Part shown: in pieces, positions 18,327-27,825 of the stretch
How the letters are laid out: the number at the start of each line of letters is the position of its first letter
How positions within the stretch are numbered: the stretch's first letter is position 1
Source: Terriglobia bacterium
GTDB taxonomy: Bacteria > Acidobacteriota > Terriglobia > 20CM-2-55-15
Direction of reading: 5' to 3'
Assembly: GCA_965218585.1 (NCBI GenBank)
Contig: CBDCLE010000002.1
Span: 288,001 to 352,000 of the forward strand
Length of the DNA: 64,000 nt
Notes under the pieces: generated by a model
What the model was told of the DNA's origin: nothing
Seen by the model: the letters and a program-made list of their open reading frames with translations, nothing else
The model's database searches: none
Made by a program: the position numbers and the translations under genes

Positions 18327-19646
18327 GTGAGCGGATTGGAAGTCGGCATTCTCTCGGTAGTGGCGATCCTTGTGCTGATCTATTCGGGCCTGTACGTACC
18401 GGTGGCCCTGGGCCTGGTCTCCTTCATCAGCGTGTGGTTGCTGCGCGGCACACTGGAGGCTCCTGTTTATCTGCTCACCCTCTCCGCTTCCAACAGCATC
18501 GAGGACTACATCTTCGGTGTGATCCCGCTATTCGTATTGATGGGGTTGCTGGTCAGTGAGTGCGGACTGGGCCAGGACATTTACGACGTTGCCAACGTCG
18601 CCCTTCGTAGGCTGCGAGGTGGGCTGGGGGTCGCGACAGTTGCAGCTAACGCTGTCTTCGCCGCTATCACCGGTGTCAGTATTGCCTCGGCAGCCGTGTT
18701 CACAAGGTTGTCGGTACCCGAGATGATCCGTTTTGGCTACCGGCCGCGCTTCGCCGTCGGTGTCGTTGCCGGAAGTTCGGTGCTGGGGATGCTGATCCCG
18801 CCCAGCGTCATGCTGATCATATACGCGCTCATCGCCGAACAGTCTGTTCGAGACATGTTTACCGCCGGTATCGTCCCCGGAGTGCTGCTCTCCCTCGCCT
18901 ACTCAGTGGCTATTATCCTCATGGCGTATCTGTTCCCGGACTACGTGGGTGGCCCGGACTCGGAAACCCGGGAGGAATTGATGCGGAAGACCATAGGCAT
19001 GCTGGAGGTGATAAGGAAACTGTCGCCGCTGGTCGTACTCGTCGTCCTGGTACTCGGCGGGATCTACGGTGGCCTGTTCACGCCGACCGAAGCGGGCGCT
19101 GTGGGTGGTTTGGGCGCGCTGGTCATTGCGCTCGTCAAACGTAAACTGGATCGGGGAAAATTTTGGGCGATCGCGGTGGAGACCGGGCACATCACGGCAT
19201 CGATCCTTTTTCTCATCGTCGCCGCGACCATGTACAGCCGCATGCTGGCCTTGTCGGGGCTGCCCAATGATCTGAGTGCGTTGATCGAGCAGTCGGCCCT
19301 TGGGCTCTATGGCATCCTGGCGATCTACGTTTTGTTGCTCATTGTCATGGGCACAATACTCGACACGACGTCGATCATCCTGGTCATGGTTCCCCTGTTT
19401 ATTCCCATCCTTTCCCAGTTCGGGATCAACCTGGTCTGGTTTGGCATCGTCACCATCGTGGGTGCCGAAATTGGCCTGCTGACCCCGCCCCTGGGAATCG
19501 CCTGCTACGTCATCAAGGCCACCCTTGCCGATGACGATATCAGCCTCTACGACATCTTTGCCGGGGCGCTACCCTTCGCGGCGATAATGCTGTTGGTGTT
19601 GATCCTGCTCATCGCTTTCCCGTCGTTGAGTCTCGTCCTCGTGTGA
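18327..19646 (+). CDS. dctM: TRAP large permease
   Basis: GMLIPPS, GGIYGGLFTPTEAGA, GLLTPPLG. Confidence 0.95.
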   Translation: MSGLEVGILSVVAILVLIYSGLYVPVALGLVSFISVWLLRGTLEAPVYLLTLSASNSIEDYIFGVIPLFVLMGLLVSECGLGQDIYDVANVALRRLRGGLGVATVAANAVFAAITGVSIASAAVFTRLSVPEMIRFGYRPRFAVGVVAGSSVLGMLIPPSVMLIIYALIAEQSVRDMFTAGIVPGVLLSLAYSVAIILMAYLFPDYVGGPDSETREELMRKTIGMLEVIRKLSPLVVLVVLVLGGIYGGLFTPTEAGAVGGLGALVIALVKRKLDRGKFWAIAVETGHITASILFLIVAATMYSRMLALSGLPNDLSALIEQSALGLYGILAIYVLLLIVMGTILDTTSIILVMVPLFIPILSQFGINLVWFGIVTIVGAEIGLLTPPLGIACYVIKATLADDDISLYDIFAGALPFAAIMLLVLILLIAFPSLSLVLV

Positions 19647-19649
19647 ACA

Positions 19650-19728
19650 AAAAAGTAGGGACAGGTCACTCTTTTTGCCAAGACGTAAGTCTTCAAGCAA
19701 CAAAAAGAGTGACCTGTCCCTACTTTTT
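19650..19728. repeat. REP/REPIN-like palindrome, family A
   Basis: AAAAAGTAGGGACAGGTCACTCTTTTTG ... CAAAAAGAGTGACCTGTCCCTACTTTTT. Confidence 0.75.
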
Positions 19729-19745
19729 CAGTGTCTGTCTCTTTC

Positions 19746-21029
19746 TTACCGTTCCGTGCCTTGCGGCCGGTTCCGAAAGATCTCGTACAACTCCGTATGC
19801 TTGCTGTCCAGGCCGACAGGCGCGCCCTCGATGAACAGGTGTTCGACGCGCGTCGTAACTTCCAGGGGATTCCCGTCCATCAGGACGATGTTCGCAAGCT
19901 TGCCCTCGGCAAGGCTACCCACACGGTCGTCGATGCCCAGAATTTCGGCAGCGTTGATCGTTACGGCCTTGAGCGCCTCCTCTTCGGGCAGTCCGAACGC
20001 GACGGCCATTCCGGCCTGGAACGGAAGGTCACGGACATGGGCTGAACTCCGGGTCGAGAACGCGAACTTCACACCGGCCTCGTGAAGCCGGGTCGCCATC
20101 GAGAAGACTGCGTCGTAGGGATCTTCGTCATATTCCGGTAGGTCCGTAACCGATCCCAGGATGACAGAAGCACCACTCTCGGCGATCAGGTTCACAACCC
20201 CCCGTGCGTATGAGCAACCGCTGAGAACGGTCTGGAGGCCAAACTCTTCGGCGATCTCCAGTGCTTCCCGGACCTCGGCATCAGTGTTGACGTTGAAGAT
20301 GACCGGCATCTCACCATTCACTACAGGTACGAGCGAAGCCAGGACAAAATTCTCGGGATCGGCGACGCCACCGTCGACCAGTTTTGCGAAAGCCTGCGCT
20401 TCAACCAGAGTGGACCGCAGCAAGTCTATCGATTCCTCCCGCTCTTCTTCACGTTCTCTTTGCCGGTCCGCCGGTGTTTCCGCAGAGAAGACCAGCTCTC
20501 TCGGAAAGTTCACAAACATAGCGGCGGTGTCTTCGACAAGTATGTCGCCGAGGACCCATCCATCCAGGTTGATGACCGCACCCTGGCCGCTGAACAGCCC
20601 TCCTGCCGGTGCAGACATGACCGTCGTGATTCCGTTCACCCGCGTTACAGCCACGTGTTCGCTCAGAGGATTGATCGCTCCCGAAGCCTTCATGTGTGGG
20701 TTGAGATCTCCCAACTCGACCGTATCGATCGTCGCTCGTATCGAATTGATCTCCTGCATTCCGACAGTTGTGTGTGGGTCGATCATTCCCGGGTATGCGG
20801 TGAGGCCTTGACCGTCGACCGTTTCCGCATCCCCCGGTACGTTCACGTTTTCCCCCATTGCGGCGATGCGCCCATCCTGCATCACGATGTTCCCTTCGGC
20901 AATGATCTCACCGGTCCCCGTAACAATCCGCACGTCTCGTATGGCGTGGGTCTGTGCCAGGCCTGCAATCGGAATCACGATGCACGCGACAACTGCGAAC
21001 AATACGACTCCGTTTGCCGTTCTACTCAT
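19746..21029 (-). CDS. Amidohydrolase family protein
   Basis: YPGMIDPHT, GSLAEGKLAN; signal peptide. Confidence 0.9.
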   Translation of the reverse strand: MSRTANGVVLFAVVACIVIPIAGLAQTHAIRDVRIVTGTGEIIAEGNIVMQDGRIAAMGENVNVPGDAETVDGQGLTAYPGMIDPHTTVGMQEINSIRATIDTVELGDLNPHMKASGAINPLSEHVAVTRVNGITTVMSAPAGGLFSGQGAVINLDGWVLGDILVEDTAAMFVNFPRELVFSAETPADRQREREEEREESIDLLRSTLVEAQAFAKLVDGGVADPENFVLASLVPVVNGEMPVIFNVNTDAEVREALEIAEEFGLQTVLSGCSYARGVVNLIAESGASVILGSVTDLPEYDEDPYDAVFSMATRLHEAGVKFAFSTRSSAHVRDLPFQAGMAVAFGLPEEEALKAVTINAAEILGIDDRVGSLAEGKLANIVLMDGNPLEVTTRVEHLFIEGAPVGLDSKHTELYEIFRNRPQGTER

Positions 21030-23640
21030 CGGTCACCTCCACCGCGCGGTTAGCGAGATCCTGTTCCCGGTCAAAATACACCTGACCGTCGATCAAGGTC
21101 ATGTCAACCCGCGCGAAGTTGCTGAGCGGGTGCGCATTGAATATCGCCAGATCACCGTCCTTTCCGACTGCGATACTTCCGACCTGGCCGTCGATACCAA
21201 GCTGCAAAGCCGGGTTGATCGTGATCATCCTTAGGGCTTCGTTCTCGGGGACGTCACCATAGCGGACCACCTTCGAGGCCTCCTGGTAGAGGCGCCTCAC
21301 GGTTTCGTTGCTGTCGGAGTTGATCGATACGTTCACTCCGTACTGTTGCATGATGGCTGCGTTGTAGGGAATGGCGTCAAAAGCTTCGACTTTGTAACTC
21401 CAGAAGTCGGCGAACGTCGAAGCTCCGGCGCCATGAGCGGCAATCTCCTGAGCTACCTTGTAACCTTCGAGAACATGTTGCAGTGTCCGGATCTTGAAAC
21501 CAAATTCATCAGCCACGTTCATCAGCATCACGATCTCATCAGCGCGATAGGAATGCGCGTGAACCATGATGTTGCCGCGAAGGATTTCAGCCAGTGTTTC
21601 CAGCTTCAGGTCGCGGCGCGGCGCCAGGGGATCTTCCCCCCTATCGACTGCTGCCTCGTATCTGTCCCATGCTCGTTGATACTCTCTGGCCAGAGTGAAC
21701 GATTCCCTAAGAGCCTGTTGAATACCCATCCGCGTTCCCGGAAAACGGCGCTCTTCCGTAGACTGTGTAGAGTTGGCTCGTGTCGGGTTTTCGCCCAGAG
21801 CGAATTTGATTCCAGCAGGTGCCCCGAAGAACAGGTCCTCAGCCGGTTTGCCCCACCGGAGCTTGATCACGGCGTTCGTTCCACCGATGACGTTGGCGCT
21901 TCCGTGAAGAATGTTGACTATCGTCGTCCCTCCGGCCAGAGCCCTGTAGATCGCGATGTCGTCTTCGCGAATCACGTCCGCGATACGGACGTTCGGCGTG
22001 ATCGGCGACGATCCCTCATTGCCTCCACCTTCAATGGCCATATGCGAGTGCGCATCGATGATCCCGGGCATGACAAAACGACCCGTTGCGTCGATCACAC
22101 GGGCGCTTTCCGGCACATCCAGATTCTGCCCGACATCCACGATCTCGCCGTCGCGGATCAGGACATCGCCGTTTTCGATCGTCCCGTCTGTGATCGTCAG
22201 GATAGTCCCGTTCTGGACCAACGTTTCGGCCGGTCCCTCGGTGATGTAGTTTCCGGGCTTAATGATGGGCGAGAGTCCACCGGGATTCTCTTCTGCGGAT
22301 TCAGCGATTTCGGTGGTTTCGGTTCCCACCGCACTATCTCCTGAGTCCTGTTCGGGCACGTTGTAAGGCCGGCCGTCCACGAAGACCCGTTCGAGCACCG
22401 TGTCCGCTCCAAACGGATCACCGTTCGCGACGACAAGGTTTGCGATCTTGCCTGCTTCCAGACTTCCCAATGCGTCGTCGATGCCCAGGATTTCTGCGGC
22501 TGACAGGGTCGTCGCCCGCAATGCGTCTTCGGTCGACAGGCCGTTGTCGATCGTTGTCCGGACGTTTTCGATGAAATCAGCGGGTTCGGTAGCGAAGCCT
22601 GACTGTAAGGCGAAACGAACGCCCGCTCCAGCCAGCATGGCCGCGTTCCGGTTGAAGAGGTCGACTTCTTCCGCGCTGTACTCCACGTCTCCAGGCCCAC
22701 GGCCGAAACTCGGCTTCTGTTTCCGCCTCTCGTAGTTCACGCTGACCAGAACCGGGATGTCTCTTTCTGCGATGAGATCCGCCACGGCCGCCGCTTCCAT
22801 GCCGCCTGCAATTATCGGATTCAGTTCGAGTTCTTCAGTCAGAGCGAGTGCACGTATGATCTCGCTGGTCCAGTCCGCATGGATTACGGCCGGGATCGTA
22901 CCCTCGGTGATCGGAACGACAGCAGCAAGAACTGGATCGAATGCGGGCCGTTCGACGCCTCTCGGGCTGGCGTCGAACCGTTCCCAGGCGTTCTGGTACC
23001 ATTCCGCATCCGCGACTGTCTGCCGGATCAGGGCCATGGCCCCCATCAGGGTCGTCGGATATCCCCGGTCGGCCCTTTCGATGTTGAAATGTAGCGCGAC
23101 CGGTGTCTTGACGACGAGGTTTTCCTCGCCCGTGTTGATCAGCGCGCTTTGCCCGGTCAGGATTCCTTCACGGGAGACGACCAATGCGCTCGTAATCCCC
23201 ACGTTTCGGGCTTCGGCAACGTTCTTCCCTTCGGCATCGACCTCTGTCGCCAGCTCTCGGTCGGGATGCAATGCCTCCGTTTGCTGGAAGATAGCCTCTC
23301 GTGTCGTCCGGGGAGGCGGTAGCGCTTCGTCCTCGTCGGAGGTGTCTCGATCGACCAGACCGATATCGCTGAAGCTATCGATCAGTCCAGGAAAAACCGT
23401 CAGTCCGTCGCCTTCGATTACCGTAGCCTCCACGGGGATCGCGACGTTCTCTCCGACAGCTTCGATCAGACCGTTTCGGATGACGATCGTCCCGTTTTCG
23501 ATCATGGGACCGGATACGGGGTAGATGCGTGCGTTTGAGATCGCGTAGACGCTGCGGCTCTGTGCGGCCACAACCGGAATATTGCTCACGACCAGCATCG
23601 AGACAATCGTCACGACAATCGCGAGATGACGATTTCGCAT
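21022..23640 (-). CDS. Two-domain amidohydrolase
   Basis: FPGLIDSFS (degenerate) and MPGIIDAHSH domains; GIKFALGENP. Confidence 0.9.
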   Translation of the reverse strand: MRNRHLAIVVTIVSMLVVSNIPVVAAQSRSVYAISNARIYPVSGPMIENGTIVIRNGLIEAVGENVAIPVEATVIEGDGLTVFPGLIDSFSDIGLVDRDTSDEDEALPPPRTTREAIFQQTEALHPDRELATEVDAEGKNVAEARNVGITSALVVSREGILTGQSALINTGEENLVVKTPVALHFNIERADRGYPTTLMGAMALIRQTVADAEWYQNAWERFDASPRGVERPAFDPVLAAVVPITEGTIPAVIHADWTSEIIRALALTEELELNPIIAGGMEAAAVADLIAERDIPVLVSVNYERRKQKPSFGRGPGDVEYSAEEVDLFNRNAAMLAGAGVRFALQSGFATEPADFIENVRTTIDNGLSTEDALRATTLSAAEILGIDDALGSLEAGKIANLVVANGDPFGADTVLERVFVDGRPYNVPEQDSGDSAVGTETTEIAESAEENPGGLSPIIKPGNYITEGPAETLVQNGTILTITDGTIENGDVLIRDGEIVDVGQNLDVPESARVIDATGRFVMPGIIDAHSHMAIEGGGNEGSSPITPNVRIADVIREDDIAIYRALAGGTTIVNILHGSANVIGGTNAVIKLRWGKPAEDLFFGAPAGIKFALGENPTRANSTQSTEERRFPGTRMGIQQALRESFTLAREYQRAWDRYEAAVDRGEDPLAPRRDLKLETLAEILRGNIMVHAHSYRADEIVMLMNVADEFGFKIRTLQHVLEGYKVAQEIAAHGAGASTFADFWSYKVEAFDAIPYNAAIMQQYGVNVSINSDSNETVRRLYQEASKVVRYGDVPENEALRMITINPALQLGIDGQVGSIAVGKDGDLAIFNAHPLSNFARVDMTLIDGQVYFDREQDLANRAVEVTDE

Positions 23641-23700
23641 AAGAATCCTCCTTCGGTGGGAACCAGGTCAGGTCAGACTAGCACAGCAGGTGGGGCGATA

Positions 23701-23774
23701 TCTTCTGTAGGTGCGGTCTGTGAGCGCACAGGGCGATTCTTTGACGTGCGGTCACAGACCGCACCTACAGAAGA
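23701..23774. repeat. GTAG-type REP doublet (REPIN), family B
   Basis: CTGTAGGTGCGGTCTGTGAGCGCAC ... GTGCGGTCACAGACCGCACCTACAG inverted pair. Confidence 0.75.
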
Positions 23775-23792
23775 GGGTCGATTGATTCTACA

Positions 23793-24191
23793 TCACGGTT
23801 CGTCCAACCGTTCAACAGCCAACGTAAGTCGATCCCTCACACCGACAACTTCTACCCTGGTGCCTTTCTGCACAGGTTCTGTAGTGGCTCGTGCGCGCCA
23901 CAGTTCGCCGCGCACGCGGATGTATCCTTCCGGCCGAAGGTCCGCGGTGACGATTCCGCGAAGGCCCACCATGAGTTGGGCGCCGGACCGGGGATTTTCT
24001 TCGTATGCCTGTCGGAGGAAGGGATAGAGAGCCAGGTCTTTGACAACCCAGAAACCCAACAGCATAACTCCCACCCAGTCTGGCATCTTCACTCTTGGCC
24101 TGAGGAAAAGCAACAGGAACAAAAGGAAGAACCAGCCCGGAACCTGAATGAGCATGTATTTCCGAAAGGTTCGATCCGATAGCCAGTTCAT
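23793..24191 (-). CDS. NfeD-like membrane protein
   Basis: TM segments followed by LRPEGYIRVRGELWRARA OB-fold. Confidence 0.8.
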   Translation of the reverse strand: MNWLSDRTFRKYMLIQVPGWFFLLFLLLFLRPRVKMPDWVGVMLLGFWVVKDLALYPFLRQAYEENPRSGAQLMVGLRGIVTADLRPEGYIRVRGELWRARATTEPVQKGTRVEVVGVRDRLTLAVERLDEP

Positions 24192-24315
24192 GAGGTCACC
24201 GTTTAGAGCGCTTTCGAAGGATACGAAAGGGAAGCGGCCCAGGCAACAGGCCTTGACGCCGAGTCGGGATCGTGCGGACAATTAGCCCTCGACGATCAAC
24301 GAAAGGGAGACCCCA

Positions 24316-25191
24316 ATGAAACTCGGTATTCACGTTGTCAGCCTCACATGGCCGGATAGTCCGCAAAGCCTCGCGCCCACGCTCCGCCGGATCGCGGAGA
24401 CCGCCGAAGAGATCGGTTGCTCCTCGGTTTCTGTCATGGATCACTATTTTCAGATGGAAGTCTTTTTCCCGGCCGAGCATGAAATGCTCGAAGGCTACAC
24501 AACGCTGGGGTTTCTGGCTGCCTGCACCGAACGCGTCCAATTGAGGCTTCTCGTGACCGGCGTTACATATCGGCATCCGGGCCTGTTGGCCAAGATTGTA
24601 ACAACGACGGATGTCCTCTCAGGCGGACGAGCGGAACTGGGAATCGGGGCAGCCTGGTACGATCGCGAGCATGTGGGTCTGGGCGTTCCGTTTCCGCCTA
24701 TTTCAGCGCGTTTCGAACGTCTGGAAGAGACGATCCAGATCTGTAAACAGATGTGGAGCGACAACAATGGTCCTTTCGAAGGCAAGCACTATCAGCTGGC
24801 GGAAACCCTCTGTTCACCCCAACCCATCGCCAAACCCCATCCGCCGATCATGATCGGGGGTATGGGAGAGAAGAAAACCTTGAAGTTCGTTGCCCGGTAT
24901 GCTACCGCCTGCAACCTCATTACGGGGGATCTGGACGAGGCGAAGCACAAACTCGATGTACTTCGAGAGCACTGCGCAAACGAAGGCACTGACTATGACG
25001 CGATAAAGAAGGCGGCCCTCTATAGAGGACAGGCGTTAGGCGGGGGTGATGTTGCAGCGTTTGTCAACGAAATGAAGGACTATAGTGCCGCCGGCTTTAC
25101 CGAGGTATACATCGTGCCCATGGGCCCCGACCCCGTCGCTTTCGTCGAGCAGATGCGAGGGCAGCCCATGGAAGATCTTGCCGGCTTTTAG
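24316..25191 (+). CDS. LLM class F420-dependent oxidoreductase
   Basis: SVMDHYFQ, VTGVTYRHPGLLAK, PPIMIGGMGEKKTL. Confidence 0.92.
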   Translation: MKLGIHVVSLTWPDSPQSLAPTLRRIAETAEEIGCSSVSVMDHYFQMEVFFPAEHEMLEGYTTLGFLAACTERVQLRLLVTGVTYRHPGLLAKIVTTTDVLSGGRAELGIGAAWYDREHVGLGVPFPPISARFERLEETIQICKQMWSDNNGPFEGKHYQLAETLCSPQPIAKPHPPIMIGGMGEKKTLKFVARYATACNLITGDLDEAKHKLDVLREHCANEGTDYDAIKKAALYRGQALGGGDVAAFVNEMKDYSAAGFTEVYIVPMGPDPVAFVEQMRGQPMEDLAGF

Positions 25192-25280
25192 TAGAGGCGA
25201 TCCGTCTATTTTCGTTAGTCAGTGGGCTCGAAAACCTAGCGCTTCCCCGGTCCGATCAAGAAAGACTCCCAGTCCTTCAC

Positions 25281-25565
25281 TCAAGCACCGTTCTCAGCGC
25301 CCGTAAACAGAAACAGAACCCCAAGGATGATAAATAGGACGCCGGCCCCCTGCCTGAGAAGGACGGGCGAAATAATTCGACCTACACCCTCTCCGATGAT
25401 CACAGCGATCGCTGAGGTCACTACAAGGGCGAGTGAGGCCCCTAGGAACACCATCCATCGGGATGAAGCCGACGCGGCGAACGAGAACGTCGCCAGTTGC
25501 GTCTTGTCACCCAGTTCAGCCGCGAAAATCGTAACGAAAGTCGTCAGCAGCAGTCTCCAGTCCAT
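25281..25565 (-). CDS. TMEM165/GDT1 (UPF0016) family protein
   Basis: AELGDKTQLAT signature. Confidence 0.9.
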   Translation of the reverse strand: MDWRLLLTTFVTIFAAELGDKTQLATFSFAASASSRWMVFLGASLALVVTSAIAVIIGEGVGRIISPVLLRQGAGVLFIILGVLFLFTGAENGA

Positions 25566-25682
25566 TCTGTTGGCCTCCTGAAACGGAATGATGGCTTTGA
25601 TTGGCGACGTGTGGCAAGCTGATCCGACGATCGAACGAGCCTTGAAGTTTCTGGCTCGAGCATCAGGCTGGGAGGTGGACAG

Positions 25683-26626
25683 ATGCGGATTGTTCTGAGA
25701 GTTGTAGTTTTGTGCCTAGTCTTACTGGCCCTCGCACATCCCGCGTGGGCGCTTCAGAACGGTTGTAATGAGACGGCCCTTACGCTGCAGGTGCTCGGTC
25801 TGGCGGTCCTTTTTCCCGCGACGCCCGCGCTTCCTCGAGCTACCTGGTCTGGGTCGATGGACGTGCCCGGATCATGGTCGATGCTGGTGGCGGGGCTTTT
25901 GCACGATTCGGAGAGGCTGGAGCCCGGATCGAAGATCTGAGCCTCCTCGCGATCAGCCATTTCCATCCCGATCACGTATCGGACGTGCCCGCCTTACTGT
26001 GGACGAGCAACAACTTCAGAACTGCGACCCTTCCCTTTGTCGGTCCGTCGGGAAACGATGTGATACCCGATGCCGCCACTTTCTTGAATCGCTTGTTCAG
26101 TGACGAGGCCGGGGCGTTTCCTCCTTTGTCCGGGACCGTTGGTGGGAGGAACCGAAGCGTTCGGTTGGACGTCACTACGGTTGACACGGACGAACCTGAT
26201 CCCACCATGGTATTCGAATCCGACGGTCTGAGTGTCAGTTCGATCGGAGTGCCGCACGGCATACCGGCGCTTGCGTATCGGGTCGAGGCGGGGGACGTCA
26301 GCATTGTCTTCAGCAGCGACCAGAACGGCAGCGACCCCCGTTTCGTCGAATTTGCCCGCGACGCCACCGTTCTCGTGATGCACTTCGCCGTTTCAGAAGC
26401 TTCCCGATCCGGTATCCACGCGCGGCCAAGCGTGGTGGGTCAGGTCGCGCGCGACGCCAACGTCGAAAAACTTGTCCTCAGCCATCTGATCGGTATCGAA
26501 CCGGAAGATCAGCGGTTTTCTAACTTCAGTGCCGGCGACCTCGAGGCAAACGTAGGAGTGGTCCGCGAGTCATATTCGGGCGAACTCGTCGTCGCGGAAG
26601 ATCTGCTCTGCATCGACGTCGAATAG
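25683..26626 (+). pseudogene. Exported MBL-fold (RNase Z/arylsulfatase-like) hydrolase, frameshifted
   Basis: LQVLG|SGGP..RASSSYLVW..MVDAGGG is restored by adding 1 nt at ~25799; SHFHPDH motif. Confidence 0.8.
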
Positions 26627-26686
26627 GCTGCGGAATACACTAAGGTCCGCCTACGAAGCCCCCTCAAGATCGGGCCGCGCGATTCC

Positions 26687-27547
26687 CTATCTCAGCTCTG
26701 TCATGAATCCCGGCAGACTCCACTGCGTCTGCAGGCTGGTGGGTGTGTATGCGGGGTACTCCATGCCCAGTATTGCGCCGATCTCTTCCTGACTTCGGCC
26801 TTCCCGTATCAGGCCTGTTACGCGGTCCCGAAGAACCACGACGTTGTCCCGATACGTCCTAAGACCGGCGACGTCGGTGACCGTACCGTGACCTGGAATC
26901 ACGGTTTCGAAGTCGAACTCTTCCATCATTGCGTCCACACTGGTTGTCCAGTCGACGATGCTGCCGCCGCCGTTGTAATCGATCAGCGGCGTCGTTCCAG
27001 CCAGCATGTCGCCCATGTGGACCGTTCGCAGCTCGGGAAAGTAGATGATCGCGTCAGTGCCCGTGTGACCACGGCCAAAATGTCGGGCGCGCACTTCCTG
27101 ACCACCGAGGAAAATCGAGAGCTCTTCAGTGAACACAAGACGTGCGGGCACCATACCCGGGGCAGCGTTGGACTGTTTGCCTTCCAGGATGTTGGTCCGG
27201 GCATTAGTCGTCGAAATCACTTCGGCAACCTCCAGGAATCTGGAATTTCCGCCGGCGTGGTCACTGTGATAGTGCGTGTTGATGACGTAGCGGATCGGTT
27301 GGTTCGTCACGCTGCTGACATTCCTGACGATTTCATCGTAGTTTTGCTCGAACTTGTCGTCGATCAGGATCACGCCTTCGTCGGTTACCAGGACACCCAC
27401 GTTTCCACCGCTGCCGATGACGATGTAGAGATTGTCGGTCACCTCTTCGATCGTCAGTGTCGGGGCTTGCTGTCTGGCTACCGTCACTGCCGCGACGCCG
27501 GCTCCGAGAACTGCCGCCAGAGCGATGATCAGGATTCTTGTACGCAT
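26687..27547 (-). CDS. MBL-fold (cyclase-like) hydrolase
   Basis: NTHYHSDHAGGN, GHTGTD, VIPGHG; signal peptide. Confidence 0.88.
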   Translation of the reverse strand: MRTRILIIALAAVLGAGVAAVTVARQQAPTLTIEEVTDNLYIVIGSGGNVGVLVTDEGVILIDDKFEQNYDEIVRNVSSVTNQPIRYVINTHYHSDHAGGNSRFLEVAEVISTTNARTNILEGKQSNAAPGMVPARLVFTEELSIFLGGQEVRARHFGRGHTGTDAIIYFPELRTVHMGDMLAGTTPLIDYNGGGSIVDWTTSVDAMMEEFDFETVIPGHGTVTDVAGLRTYRDNVVVLRDRVTGLIREGRSQEEIGAILGMEYPAYTPTSLQTQWSLPGFMTELR

Positions 27548-27825
27548 ATCGTCCTCCTTCGAGAAGATCTTCCGGGGATTGACTCGGGATTCTACAGCGA
27601 TTGTCTCCGCGAATCCAAGGGTCGTTGGGATTGACCTGTGTTCGCCTAAGCCGGCAAGTAGCAGGAATTCATCACATGAACCGGACTCGAAACTTTCCTT
27701 GCTTACAAATTCCACCTGTAGTTAGATTTACCCGTATTCTTACAGTTCAGTTCTGTCGAAGGTGAAACGGCCTCGGCTTGGCCGCCCCACGCTCGCTACT
27801 CGAGCTCTCACCGGGAGGAGGAACG

